DNA from: a virus
Lineage: Duplodnaviria > Caudoviricetes
Virus record (IMG/VR): IMGVR_UViG_3300025838_000004
Location: 1 to 55,987 of that record
Reading direction: 5' to 3' (one strand)
Length of the DNA stretch: 55,987 bases
Below, one piece after another: positions 44,741 through 53,950 of this stretch. How positions within the stretch are numbered: position 1 is the stretch's first letter; every line of letters starts with the position of its first letter. The notes beneath the pieces are model-generated. The model was not told the origin of the DNA, did no database searches, and worked only from the letters and a program-made list of their open reading frames with translations. Position numbers and translations under genes: made by a program.

Positions 44741-46177
44741 TTAGACTGCATATGGGTTTTCAGCTCTTTTATTATAGTCGTCATCGATATAGTCATTTGA
44801 CTGTTGTACAAAATGATCGATCACAATAATGTTCGCATCCCTTAGGTAGCGTAGTGCTTGAGTCAGTGCGTCCACATAGTCGTCATGCCGACCTAATGGA
44901 AAACTACAGATCTCTGACAGGAACGGCTGTATCCACGTTCTGGCCTGTCCTGGATGCTCAGTCGACTCCGGCAAATACAGTAACCCTTTCTCGATCATCG
45001 GGGCAATAATGTTCAGTCTGGTTGCTTTATCAGCATTTCCTGGGTTATATCCTCTGATCGGAATACGAGTCTTCTGAAGGTCCTGAATGAGTGCTATACC
45101 ACTTGATTTGTTCTCTACAAGGACTAAGTCCACCTTCTTACCACTACCAAACTCGTCTGGATCTCCATAGATCTCCTCAAACTCTTCTTTTAACTTAGAC
45201 CGTAAGTCTGGGTACAAGAGCCGCTCTGACCAACAGTCAATGAGCATGACACGATTCCCCTTATCCTCTGATGGTCTAAACACGCCTAACACTACACACG
45301 CAGTCGGGTCATTGATCTGCTTGTCGGACGCTGCACAGTCGTAGGACTGAATCACATATGAAAACTCTGGAAACGGTCGGTCTGCATCCCACAGCTCAAA
45401 CCATGATCGTTTTACAAGACCAGACTCTTCTGGGTCGAGAATCTCTGCATGTATCTCTTGGCGGCCGAGGCTTGTTCCTTCATACTGCATAATCTGATTC
45501 TGAAAGTTCGGTGCTAGGTTATGCAAGTTTGAGTACGTAGAAGCTGTGGTCACATGCACGTCCTCACCATCTCTATCGTTTAACTCTACTATTTTCGGTA
45601 CAGGCTTCGGAGTAGTAGTGCACACCATACGTGGCGTTTTACCGAGACGAAGACTGAACTGTATCATGTCCCATGCCTCATCCAGATAGTCCCAAGCGGC
45701 AAGCTCGTCAGCCCATACATGGTGCCACTGAGGACCACGGAAACGGCTAGGCTCGGATGCTGCGATTCCTTTAATTAAAGACCCATTCTTAAGAGTAAGC
45801 TCATGAAGCGATATTCCGTAGTTCTGTATAATCTCAGGCGGTGTCACATTTAGCAGACCAGAGTCTCCATTAAAACACACATCACGTATATCTCCTGAGG
45901 TTGGTGCTGATACAAGTATACGACTACCTGGCTCATTCCAAGCCTTCCACCATGTCCACTCTGCTGCTAATCGTGTCTTTCCTGCTCCTCGGCCTGCAAG
46001 GAGCAACCACACTGACCAATCGGTCGGCGGTTCTATCTGGTGCGGTAGAGCAATCGTTAACCACTTCAATCGGGCTTTAAATGCTGCTCTCCACTCTGGC
46101 GACATTTGACTAAGCTCTTTATCGTGCTTCTGAATTCGCTCTGCCACTTTTTGAATCTGTTGTTCGGTAAGAGGCAT
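44741..46177 (-). CDS. terL: Terminase large subunit
   Basis: AGRGAGKT Walker A, RGPQ, WADE Walker B, TTTP, RQE..AE; nuclease SYD, DPTA and HDDYVDA. Confidence 0.95.
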   Translation of the reverse strand: MPLTEQQIQKVAERIQKHDKELSQMSPEWRAAFKARLKWLTIALPHQIEPPTDWSVWLLLAGRGAGKTRLAAEWTWWKAWNEPGSRILVSAPTSGDIRDVCFNGDSGLLNVTPPEIIQNYGISLHELTLKNGSLIKGIAASEPSRFRGPQWHHVWADELAAWDYLDEAWDMIQFSLRLGKTPRMVCTTTPKPVPKIVELNDRDGEDVHVTTASTYSNLHNLAPNFQNQIMQYEGTSLGRQEIHAEILDPEESGLVKRSWFELWDADRPFPEFSYVIQSYDCAASDKQINDPTACVVLGVFRPSEDKGNRVMLIDCWSERLLYPDLRSKLKEEFEEIYGDPDEFGSGKKVDLVLVENKSSGIALIQDLQKTRIPIRGYNPGNADKATRLNIIAPMIEKGLLYLPESTEHPGQARTWIQPFLSEICSFPLGRHDDYVDALTQALRYLRDANIIVIDHFVQQSNDYIDDDYNKRAENPYAV

Positions 46178-46183
46178 AATGTG

Positions 46184-46196
46184 ATTATAGCACGAC
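46184..46196 (-). promoter_or_regulatory. Extended -10 promoter GTCGTGCTATAAT, 6 nt before the terL ATG
   Basis: Near-identical GTCGTGTTATGAT at 44724-44736 before the next gene. Confidence 0.55.
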
Positions 46197-46377
46197 TGCA
46201 GAGCTGCAGAGAGCTGCAGAGATCAGGGAAACAAAGAGCTATGCACTAAGTGTTTACTTTAGGTACGAAGTGCTGAGGACTCAGAAGCTGACATAGGCGC
46301 CCCCGGCTGCTAAGTCTCGAGGTCCTATGAATTCTGTAGCAAAAAAGCCCAGAATCTAAGCCCAAAGCCCACAGAAT

Positions 46378-46407
46378 AAGATCTAAGGCACGTAGGCCTT
46401 AGATCTT
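46378..46407 (-). terminator. 12-bp-stem hairpin downstream of ORF 46418..46606
   Basis: AAGATCTAAGGC-acgtag-GCCTTAGATCTT. Confidence 0.55.
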
Positions 46408-46417
46408 GGTACAGAGA

Positions 46418-46606
46418 TTATAGAAACGTGATGTAAATATAATCTTTAACTTCGACTTCACAAACTTCTGAATCACTTGGAAGAGATTTAAGATATTCTA
46501 AAATCGATTTTTTCTCGATATTCACATAAACTTCTGAATTTGAGATTTGAGCTTTGAGTTTGCTTGGAAAGCATTCTATGTTTTTGATTGCAAATACTGT
46601 TTTCAT
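46418..46606 (-). CDS. Small early-type hypothetical protein between terS and terL
   Basis: AAGGAG RBS, AU-rich CTTAA leader, and its own TATAAT (46674-46679, minus strand). Confidence 0.7.
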   Translation of the reverse strand: MKTVFAIKNIECFPSKLKAQISNSEVYVNIEKKSILEYLKSLPSDSEVCEVEVKDYIYITFL

Positions 46607-46725
46607 GTAAAACTCCTTGTTAAGAATTAAGAATTTAAAATTTAAAACTTAGGAATTTGTGTTCCTAAGAATCATTATACATAGTTCTAAGAAAAAGTAC
46701 ATAATTTTTTAAATATTTTTATTCT

Positions 46726-46937
46726 TGTCACAATGTGAAATAGTTCATTTTCCTATGTACAAAGTGAAAATTTCCTGATATATACGCGCAACTTTCATCA
46801 TGTGAAAGTGCATGTCACATAGTGAAATTTCATCATGTAAAAGTGCATGTCACATAGTGAAATTTCAGCATATAAAAGTGCATTTCACGTTGTAAAAGCT
46901 CATTTCATCATGTGAAAGCTCATTTCACTATGTAAAA
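46726..46937. repeat. Tandem array of about 10 copies of the 15-bp palindrome TTTCACnnnnTGAAA
   Basis: Copies at 46726, 46755 (weak), 46793, 46813, 46828, 46848, 46863, 46883, 46903 and 46923; spacers 0 or 5 bp (GTGCA/GCTCA) in the core. Confidence 0.9.
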
Positions 46938-47064
46938 AATCTTCAAATCTGATTCAGTTCAGAATCGAGTCACTGAGCAGAATCTGAGCCGAATCTGTTC
47001 AGAGCTAGAGCCCGTTTGACTGAGCCCTGATTCTCGTCTGAGATCTGAGTCTGAGCTCTCAGTA

Positions 47065-47529
47065 CTAAGTGCTTGAGCCCGTTTGGCTGTGGCCGATCTG
47101 AAGATCATTTTGGATGTCGTTCAGAATCTCCTGTGCGATGGAGTGTGAAGTCTGGACCTGAATGGCTCCACCATTGTTGCCCGTAAGCTCGATTTTGTTC
47201 CGTTCTGAGTACTTTTGAGGAAATCTAGCGGCCATAATTCGATTATATACACCGCCATTAAGTCTTGAAGACCCTGGGTTTTCGACTATGTGCGAAATAC
47301 CTAGATCTTCCCAATAAGCCAATTCTAGCTCTTTAGCTGTGCGCAAGGCCAACAAAAATTCTTGGTGCTGCTCGGCCCAGTTATCTAGCGTTCCCCAATT
47401 CAACTTTAATTTTGCAGCAATTTGTTCCTTTGACATACCTTCTGAGCCCATTTGAATAACTTGTTGACAATATTCAGGCTTATACTTAGTAGGTCGACCA
47501 ATTTTCTTTTCAATTACGTCATATTGCAT
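47065..47529 (-). CDS. terS: Terminase small subunit
   Basis: GRPTKY.PEYC, HTH, W....EF, KIELTG..GG.I; GGAAGGA RBS. Confidence 0.85.
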   Translation of the reverse strand: MQYDVIEKKIGRPTKYKPEYCQQVIQMGSEGMSKEQIAAKLKLNWGTLDNWAEQHQEFLLALRTAKELELAYWEDLGISHIVENPGSSRLNGGVYNRIMAARFPQKYSERNKIELTGNNGGAIQVQTSHSIAQEILNDIQNDLQIGHSQTGSST

Positions 47530-48086
47530 GTTGTTTCCTTCCAAATGGAGTCTATGAGTTTATTTAATCTTGATGCTTTTATACCAAATGAACGAGCTTT
47601 AATGTGTTCAGGTGATAGTTTACGACCTTTTCTAACTGCCGATAATGCCGCAATGTGTTCAGGCGTTTGAGGAATTCCTTTTTTACCTTTGGAAATATTT
47701 GCAGCATGTTTAGCTGATTTAGGTCTGCCTTTTAGTTTAATGCTGTTTAATCGACCATTTCTTTGTCGAGTTTCTAAAGGAAGACCGCATAAAGGAGAAT
47801 CTTTTGTCGTTTCTATAGCTTGATTCGCGTATTTATTACTTTTCCAATATTGAAATGGAAGAGAATTAAGCCATTTCTTTGCTTCTGTTTCTGAGTCGAA
47901 CCATTGTTGAAAAATAACCTCGACGTTGTCGCGATGATGGCCTCCGTGCTTAGCGCAATGTGCGATCCAATATCTACCACTGCCACAATACAAATTCATC
48001 TCAGTCATCACAGTTTGGCCTATGTACATCTTATCTGATGTTTTGTTTTTCATAATGTAATACCAGCGTGGTCGCCAATCGGTCAT
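47514..48086 (-). mobile_element. GIY-YIG homing endonuclease with NUMOD3 repeats
   Basis: YYI...YIGQT, Y.GSG; repeated KG....EH...S units; start MTDW after AGGAG. Confidence 0.85.
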
Positions 48087-48118
48087 AATTTCTCTCCTTA
48101 GTGGGTGTGAAATTGATT

Positions 48119-48482
48119 GTAACACAAAGTGCTAAAAACAGGCACTATCGGTAAAAGTTACATCAGGATACAAAATTACACCTAGTCAAATTCATATATA
48201 TAAAAATAAATTTAATAATAAAATTAAAAAAAAGTAACTCAGTAACTCAGTAACAGACCAACAGCAGCTTACCTCTCCCAAGTTACATAAAGTTACAAGA
48301 AATCTTCAATTCTGTTTACTTTTCAGTAACCTATTTGCTAAACTGTGGACTATGCTAAACTGTAGTATGTTCTGGTTACAAAAGTTACAAAATCTCATTT
48401 TTTGTAACTTTTTCACAGCCAATTTTGTAACTCATTTTCTACCCCATCTGTAACCTAGAAACTAGGTTACAGATGGAGTTAC
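48119..48482. other. Candidate replication origin: GTAAC/GTTAC iteron-like cluster, AT-rich tract and perfect hairpin
   Basis: About 15 GTAAC/GTTAC pentamers in both orientations; AT-rich 48188-48233; 15-bp stem at 48444-48476. Confidence 0.55.
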
Positions 48483-48491
48483 AGAACACCA

Positions 48492-48559
48492 TTTCACAAT
48501 GTGAAAGACCACCAACTATTTCACTATGTGAAATCAACGATTCTAATCTATGGTATAAT
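48492..48559 (+). promoter_or_regulatory. Early promoter with two 15-bp palindromes and extended -10
   Basis: TTTCACAATGTGAAA 48492-48506, TTTCACTATGTGAAA 48519-48533, TGGTATAAT ending at 48559. Confidence 0.8.
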
Positions 48560-48618
48560 AATATGGTAGTAACTTAGTTTTAGATTTCTTAATTCAAAAT
48601 TTTAAACAGGAGTTTAAT

Positions 48619-48894
48619 ATGCAAAAACAACAGTTTCATTTCTACGGACAACAGTTTCACTTTTATGGTTCAAACTTTATGGAGTGGAAGACTTCTACCA
48701 ATCTCCAAGAAGTCATCGATCATTTTCGTACCAAAGAAAATGCCAAGCATAATTTTGCTGTCTGGTACGTCCCACTTGCAGACAATATCGAATACGAGAT
48801 TAACTGGTTCGAGCCACAAGTCGAAGGCCGTATCTACCTCGGTAGCTATAACAAAAAGCAACGTATCGACATTAAAGAGGAGGTGGCAGAATGA
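48619..48894 (+). CDS. Early hypothetical protein
   Basis: AGGAG RBS; first gene of the + arm; short duplicated QQFHFYG. Confidence 0.8.
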   Translation: MQKQQFHFYGQQFHFYGSNFMEWKTSTNLQEVIDHFRTKENAKHNFAVWYVPLADNIEYEINWFEPQVEGRIYLGSYNKKQRIDIKEEVAE

Positions 48895-49091
48895 AATTCA
48901 CCAAACTTTACAAAAATCGGTTTTACATTTACGAATGGCAGCCACACCATTTCTACGTCTATGACACCAAAGATCCTAGCGGTCTAGCCGTCAGCTATCC
49001 TGATAATCCGGAATTAGCCATTTCAAGTCCACTTTTATCTACTGCACATTCTCTGTGCGATATGATCCTTAGAAAGGAGTCTCAAGTATGA
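48891..49091 (+). CDS. Early hypothetical protein
   Basis: GGAGGT RBS, ATGA overlap. Confidence 0.7.
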   Translation: MKFTKLYKNRFYIYEWQPHHFYVYDTKDPSGLAVSYPDNPELAISSPLLSTAHSLCDMILRKESQV

Positions 49092-49399
49092 AAATCACTC
49101 AGTTTCATGATTCTATTCCTCATTCTAAATTTAAACCTCGTTATAAGACTTCAAGGTTGTACTTCGATTATAAAGGCGAGACATTAATGGACGACTTACA
49201 GAACCGTCGTTCCAGACCCGCTGATCAACTTAAAGTCTTACTTCCAGAGATCTTCAAGCATTACAACATTAACCCTAAACATGCCAAATGGTCACAGTAT
49301 GCCGGTTGTAATTGCCCTTGTAGTCCCGGTTTTATCCTCTATGGCGTTTATGGTAAGAACTATGCAGTCACAGTAGAAAAGGAGTTACCAAATGCGTGA
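49088..49399 (+). CDS. Early conserved phage protein (WSQ.AGC.C.CSPGF motif)
   Basis: NR..RP and WSQYAGCNCPCSPGFI motif. Confidence 0.8.
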   Translation: MKITQFHDSIPHSKFKPRYKTSRLYFDYKGETLMDDLQNRRSRPADQLKVLLPEIFKHYNINPKHAKWSQYAGCNCPCSPGFILYGVYGKNYAVTVEKELPNA

Positions 49400-49637
49400 G
49401 TTCGAATTACCCCAATTAACCCCTGAAACCGAGTCTCAGATCTATGACATTCTCTCTGCTAGATTGGCTGTTAAGATCTTTCAGTGGTTTCAGGAAGAAG
49501 CGATTGACCATTTTGATTTTGCAAAAGAAGGTGACCTCATTACCGATCTGATTGATGACGAGGACCCCATGGATGTGCATTCCAAGCTGTGGCGTATCTC
49601 CACTCGGCGTTTTGCAAATATGCTTTTAGATCAATAA
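49392..49637 (+). CDS. Early acidic hypothetical protein
   Basis: AAGGAG RBS. Confidence 0.7.
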   Translation: MREFELPQLTPETESQIYDILSARLAVKIFQWFQEEAIDHFDFAKEGDLITDLIDDEDPMDVHSKLWRISTRRFANMLLDQ

Positions 49638-49653
49638 CTTACAGATGCCAGAC

Positions 49654-49715
49654 TTTGTACTTTGTTTCAGCTATTTCACATAGTGGTAAAACAAAGTACA
49701 AAAATGTGGTATAAT
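49654..49715 (+). promoter_or_regulatory. Early promoter: palindrome variant flanked by a 14-bp inverted repeat, TGTGGTATAAT
   Basis: TTTGTACTTTGTTT 49654-49667 / AAACAAAGTACAAA 49689-49702; TTTCACATAGTGGTA 49674-49688; -10 at 49710-49715. Confidence 0.75.
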
Positions 49716-49782
49716 GTATCATGTAGTAAAAATGTTGTAGTTGTATTCTTAATTCTAAACTTACTTTTAAAGGAGCTTTATC

Positions 49783-50124
49783 ATGGAATTATCACCGATT
49801 AACACAGAAATGCCAATGCCGGTTACAACCGATGCTACTATTACTCAGTCTTCACTTGCTGATTTGTTTCACTCAATGTCCTCAATTATGCAACAAATGT
49901 CTTACAAAATCAGTCAATTAGAAGCTAAGCTCGAAGCTCAAGCACCAACAAGTATCGAAGAAACATTATCAGAGTTTTTAGTAAATAGTGAATTCGAAGA
50001 TAGAGTCAACGAGCTTGTCGAGCACCATATGCGTTACGAGTTTGATATCGATAACCATGTCGATATTGCAGATGTTGTTCGTGATACACTTAACACTAGT
50101 CTCACCATTAGTTTCGATATCTAA
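49783..50124 (+). CDS. Early acidic coiled-coil hypothetical protein
   Basis: AAGGAG RBS; very acidic C-terminal half. Confidence 0.8.
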   Translation: MELSPINTEMPMPVTTDATITQSSLADLFHSMSSIMQQMSYKISQLEAKLEAQAPTSIEETLSEFLVNSEFEDRVNELVEHHMRYEFDIDNHVDIADVVRDTLNTSLTISFDI

Positions 50125-50125
50125 T

Positions 50126-50293
50126 ATGCCTTCAGCTCTTAAATATAAGACGCTAACTAAACCTAAGCACGTCTTCGTCCTCATCGACGAAGGCGATGTG
50201 CTTAAAGTTTACGAAAGCAAAATAGATGCTCAGAACGATGCAATCAAGTATGAGCTTACCGATTATTTTATACAAGAAACGGAGTTTAAATAA
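50126..50293 (+). CDS. Small hypothetical protein (55 aa)
   Basis: 3' part of track ORF 49988..50293; TAATG coupling to next gene. Confidence 0.55.
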   Translation: MPSALKYKTLTKPKHVFVLIDEGDVLKVYESKIDAQNDAIKYELTDYFIQETEFK

Positions 50294-50631
50294 TGCAAAA
50301 ACCCTATGTTACACACAACGATCAACCTATTAGTATTCGTGGCACACATGGCCTAGCCCGTTTGTCCAATCTTTCATACGCCCGAATCGTCGAGATGTTC
50401 GGTGAGCCTTGCGATGATTTCGATGATTTTAAGTCTGATGCAGAGTGGACAATTCTATTTCCAGATGGTGAAGTAGCTACCATTTATAACTGGAAAAATG
50501 GTAAAAACTATTGTGGACCCGATGCTCCACCTGTAGAAGAAATACGTGAATGGAATGTCGGTGGCTATACAACCGATGTCGTCTTACGTCTTCACCAACT
50601 TTTAATGAAAGAGCCTATACATTATGCATAG
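50293..50631 (+). CDS. Conserved early phage protein
   Basis: Y..I...FGEP...K.DAEW...ATIYNWK...W.VGG. Confidence 0.85.
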   Translation: MQKPYVTHNDQPISIRGTHGLARLSNLSYARIVEMFGEPCDDFDDFKSDAEWTILFPDGEVATIYNWKNGKNYCGPDAPPVEEIREWNVGGYTTDVVLRLHQLLMKEPIHYA

Positions 50632-50671
50632 CTCATTGTAAACTATGTTAAAGTAATACACACTTACTTAT

Positions 50672-50696
50672 CCCCTCCCTAAAAGAGGGGTTTTTT
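50672..50696 (+). terminator. Rho-independent terminator
   Basis: CCCCTC-loop-GAGGGG followed by TTTTTT. Confidence 0.75.
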
Positions 50697-50761
50697 AAAC
50701 TTCAAAATTGGTACAGAGTCTATGAGACATATACAACAAACACCAACTCACTCGCACAAAC

Positions 50762-50792
50762 AAAAAAATCCCCAATGTATGGCATTGGGGAT
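50762..50792 (-). terminator. Hairpin with flanking A-tract (minus-strand or bidirectional terminator)
   Basis: AAAAAA-ATCCCCAATG-tatgg-CATTGGGGAT. Confidence 0.5.
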
Positions 50793-50849
50793 CTAAGCAC
50801 TTATATTAACTAAGGTAGTCCAATCGTTCACTTGTGAAGGAGTCATTGA

Positions 50850-52895
50850 ATGAGTTTCAATGAAAAAACAATTAAACCAGAAACATTATATCACACATTT
50901 CTAAAAGATAGACAGTTTAATGACCAAGATGTACAGTCATTAGGTCTAGAACACCTCGACCCACAACAAACCTCACAATTGATGGGGTTCACAGTCTATA
51001 GTGCATCGATCAAGATTCCGTACTTTGACATACATGGTCAGCCTACAGACTTTAATCGAGTTCGTCTTCTGAACCCGATCGGAAAGATGAAGTATTGCCA
51101 ACCGCGTCAGTCTGGCTCTCACATCTATTTTCCAAAGAACCCGTTATGGCCCTCAGCATTGACCAACTTACAAATTCCGTTAATCATTACAGAGGGGGAG
51201 TTTAAAGCACACGCCATTACCAAAGCGATTGTAGCAGAGAACCTGCAGTACATCTGTTTAGCGGTTCCAGGGGTATCATCATGGACAGACAAATCAGGCC
51301 TTCCTATGCACAAAGATCTAATGTCCATTCTCTATGAGAAGTCATTATCAGCCCGCGATGTGTACATTCTATATGACTATGACGGTAAAACAGATGATGG
51401 TGAGCCGAATGAGCAAGTGGCACTTGAAGAGAACAAGCTAGCTATTACACTTGCAGGACTAGGTGCTAAGGTCCACCTTTGTAGAATTGGTCGGTTCAAA
51501 CCCGTAAAAGGACAGAAATATGCAATAGACGACCACCTATTGATTGGTGGAACACTGTCTGAAGTATTGATGTCATGCATAGAGCCGACAATGATGAAAA
51601 ACAGTGAAGAGTATCGTTTATACACGGCTCGTACACAGTGGGCGATCTATGATGGACAATGGATTCGGCTCAATGATGGTAAACAGTTTAATGGGCAAAG
51701 AATAAGAATAGAGTTGGCGAACCATTCATGGATTCGGCCAGCTGCCAATGGTAGAACGACCACAGTAAAACTAACTGATGCATACCCTGCATGGTCAAAG
51801 CGTTTGAACCTACGAGGTATGGGTATGTACCCAAAACATCAAGGGCTTCGTATTACGCCGGACGGATACTATAACTTTATGAAAGCATGGAAATACGAGC
51901 CATTAGAAGGCACACCTACTCCATGGCTTGAATGGTGCTCGTACTTTTTTAAAGATGCACCAGAGTTTGAAGACTTTTTTCATAATTGGATAGCACAGAT
52001 CATACAAAAACCGTGGGAGCGTAACAATACCACAATTCAGATCATTAGCCCTAAGCAAGGTATTGGTAAGTCATTTAGTATTGGTTGGATCGCAGAGATG
52101 ATGGGTGATATGGCACTCTCTATTGGTCCTGATAGACTCTTTGAGAAGTTTAACCAACACGTACTGAACCGTGTGTTGATCACAGTGGACGAGCCAAGCA
52201 CTGATAATGCAAGGCATGCAGATGAGCTGAAGAACCTTATTACAAGTGATACACTTACATTAGAAGCAAAGAACCAAGATGCCATTTTCATTACGAACTA
52301 TGTGAACTATGCATTTACCACGAACCACGCCAAAGTGACCACAGTGAATGAAGGGGCACGCCGTGAAGCAATCTATATGCCACACTCTTTAGACCCTTCA
52401 GTATGTTCTGAGTTAATCTATAAGGTAAAAGAATGGTGTGAAAACCAAAATGGCTTTGAGATCATGATGCACTTTTACAATACACGTGATCTTTCTAATT
52501 TCGATGCAAAAGCGCCTGCCCCAATGTCCGATCACAAACAAGAAGTGATACAAGCCAGTAAATCTGCATGGTCACAATTTGCACAAGAGGTGTGGGACTG
52601 GGTTGAGAACGAGCTTGATGGCTCTGCTGCGATCAGTAAAGGCATGATGAATGTATTGATTCGTCATTTTAGGTATGAGGATTCACGTATTACTGCACAC
52701 TCAATAAATAACTCATTCAAAGAGTTGTGTTTCAGTCAACAGAATAAGATGATCAAAGACGATAGAGGCCAATGTCTTCGATGCTTATTACTTACACGAA
52801 CAGCAGAGGATACGCATAAAAGCTCTGGTTATAGAATTCTTCTACAAAAAACGAATGATGCAATCGAGAAATTAATATCAAAAACTTCATATTAG
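50850..52895 (+). CDS. Primase-helicase (DUF3854-like TOPRIM plus DUF5906/SF3-like helicase)
   Basis: KY.Q...S, IITEGEFKA, GV..W, YDYD; QGIGKS Walker A, VDE Walker B, LK..IT, FTTN. Confidence 0.88.
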   Translation: MSFNEKTIKPETLYHTFLKDRQFNDQDVQSLGLEHLDPQQTSQLMGFTVYSASIKIPYFDIHGQPTDFNRVRLLNPIGKMKYCQPRQSGSHIYFPKNPLWPSALTNLQIPLIITEGEFKAHAITKAIVAENLQYICLAVPGVSSWTDKSGLPMHKDLMSILYEKSLSARDVYILYDYDGKTDDGEPNEQVALEENKLAITLAGLGAKVHLCRIGRFKPVKGQKYAIDDHLLIGGTLSEVLMSCIEPTMMKNSEEYRLYTARTQWAIYDGQWIRLNDGKQFNGQRIRIELANHSWIRPAANGRTTTVKLTDAYPAWSKRLNLRGMGMYPKHQGLRITPDGYYNFMKAWKYEPLEGTPTPWLEWCSYFFKDAPEFEDFFHNWIAQIIQKPWERNNTTIQIISPKQGIGKSFSIGWIAEMMGDMALSIGPDRLFEKFNQHVLNRVLITVDEPSTDNARHADELKNLITSDTLTLEAKNQDAIFITNYVNYAFTTNHAKVTTVNEGARREAIYMPHSLDPSVCSELIYKVKEWCENQNGFEIMMHFYNTRDLSNFDAKAPAPMSDHKQEVIQASKSAWSQFAQEVWDWVENELDGSAAISKGMMNVLIRHFRYEDSRITAHSINNSFKELCFSQQNKMIKDDRGQCLRCLLLTRTAEDTHKSSGYRILLQKTNDAIEKLISKTSY

Positions 52896-52898
52896 CTA

Positions 52899-52940
52899 TT
52901 TCACATGATGAAATCAAATAATTCAAAAGTGTAGTATAAT
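52899..52940 (+). promoter_or_regulatory. Promoter with 15-bp palindrome and TATAAT
   Basis: TTTCACATGATGAAA 52899-52913; TATAAT 52935-52940. Confidence 0.75.
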
Positions 52941-53006
52941 AAACTTAGTAATATATTTTATTACTATTTTTAAATCTTAAATACTTAACTTTAAAGGAGC
53001 TTTATT

Positions 53007-53948
53007 ATGGCACATGAAATCGCCAAAACAGTAAACGGTAAAGATGCAATTGCCTATGTAGGTGATACACCATGGCATGGTCTTGGTCAACAACTCACAC
53101 CTGATTCACCATTAGAAGTATGGGCAACCGAAGCAGGTCTAGATTTTCAGTTACAAACTACTCCTATTTGGTATTCACCATTTAGTGATGGTCAAAACAT
53201 GAAATCATATACCGGTAAGCGTGTTATTCTTCGGAATGATACACACGATGCACTAGGTATTGTGTCAACACGTTACAAAATAGTACAACCTATAGAGGTT
53301 CTAGAGTTTTTTCGTGACATTATCGGTTCCTCTGCTCAGTTGGAAACAGCAGGCGTACTTCGTGGTGGTGCACATTACTGGGCACTCGCTAAAATGGAAG
53401 GTGAGTTTAATTTAGCAGGCGATAAGGTGAACCAATACTTACTCCTTGCATCATCAGCCGATGGTTCACTTGCCACACAAGCACGTCTTACTACAGTCCG
53501 TGTTGTATGCAACAACACAATGCAGGTTGCACAAAGTAATGGCCAAGCAGTGAAAGTACGCCATAGCTCTATCTTTGATCCATCAGAAGTAAAAGTAAAG
53601 TTAGGCGAGATTAATCAAAACTTTAAAGCATTTCAAACCACCGCCGAGACACTTGCTCGTATTAAGTTATCAAGCCAACAGGCATCTAAGTTATTTGTAA
53701 GTATACTCGGTGGTTCAGAAGATAAACCAAGTCGCCAAGCGGCACGTGCATTACAATTATTTGAAGGTAGCGGTATTGGTAGTGATCTGGAATCTGCAAA
53801 AGGTACTGGTTGGGGTGCACTAAATGCAGTCACACAATTAGTTGATTGGGAAAATGCCCGAACAGATGATGCACGTATCCGTAGTGCATGGTTTGGTTAT
53901 GGCGCCAATATCAAGCAACAAACTCTCGATGCATTAGTCACAATGTAA
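53007..53948 (+). CDS. DUF932/DUF945 family protein
   Basis: MAHE, PWHGLG, AGLD, VS..Y..VQ, ETAG.L..G, DGS, RVVC.NT, T.WG..NAVT. Confidence 0.9.
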   Translation: MAHEIAKTVNGKDAIAYVGDTPWHGLGQQLTPDSPLEVWATEAGLDFQLQTTPIWYSPFSDGQNMKSYTGKRVILRNDTHDALGIVSTRYKIVQPIEVLEFFRDIIGSSAQLETAGVLRGGAHYWALAKMEGEFNLAGDKVNQYLLLASSADGSLATQARLTTVRVVCNNTMQVAQSNGQAVKVRHSSIFDPSEVKVKLGEINQNFKAFQTTAETLARIKLSSQQASKLFVSILGGSEDKPSRQAARALQLFEGSGIGSDLESAKGTGWGALNAVTQLVDWENARTDDARIRSAWFGYGANIKQQTLDALVTM

Positions 53949-53950
53949 TC

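Noticed and set aside
46793-46937. CRISPR array
   Set aside because: Units are 15-20 bp with 0-5 bp non-unique spacers; no cas operon is present.
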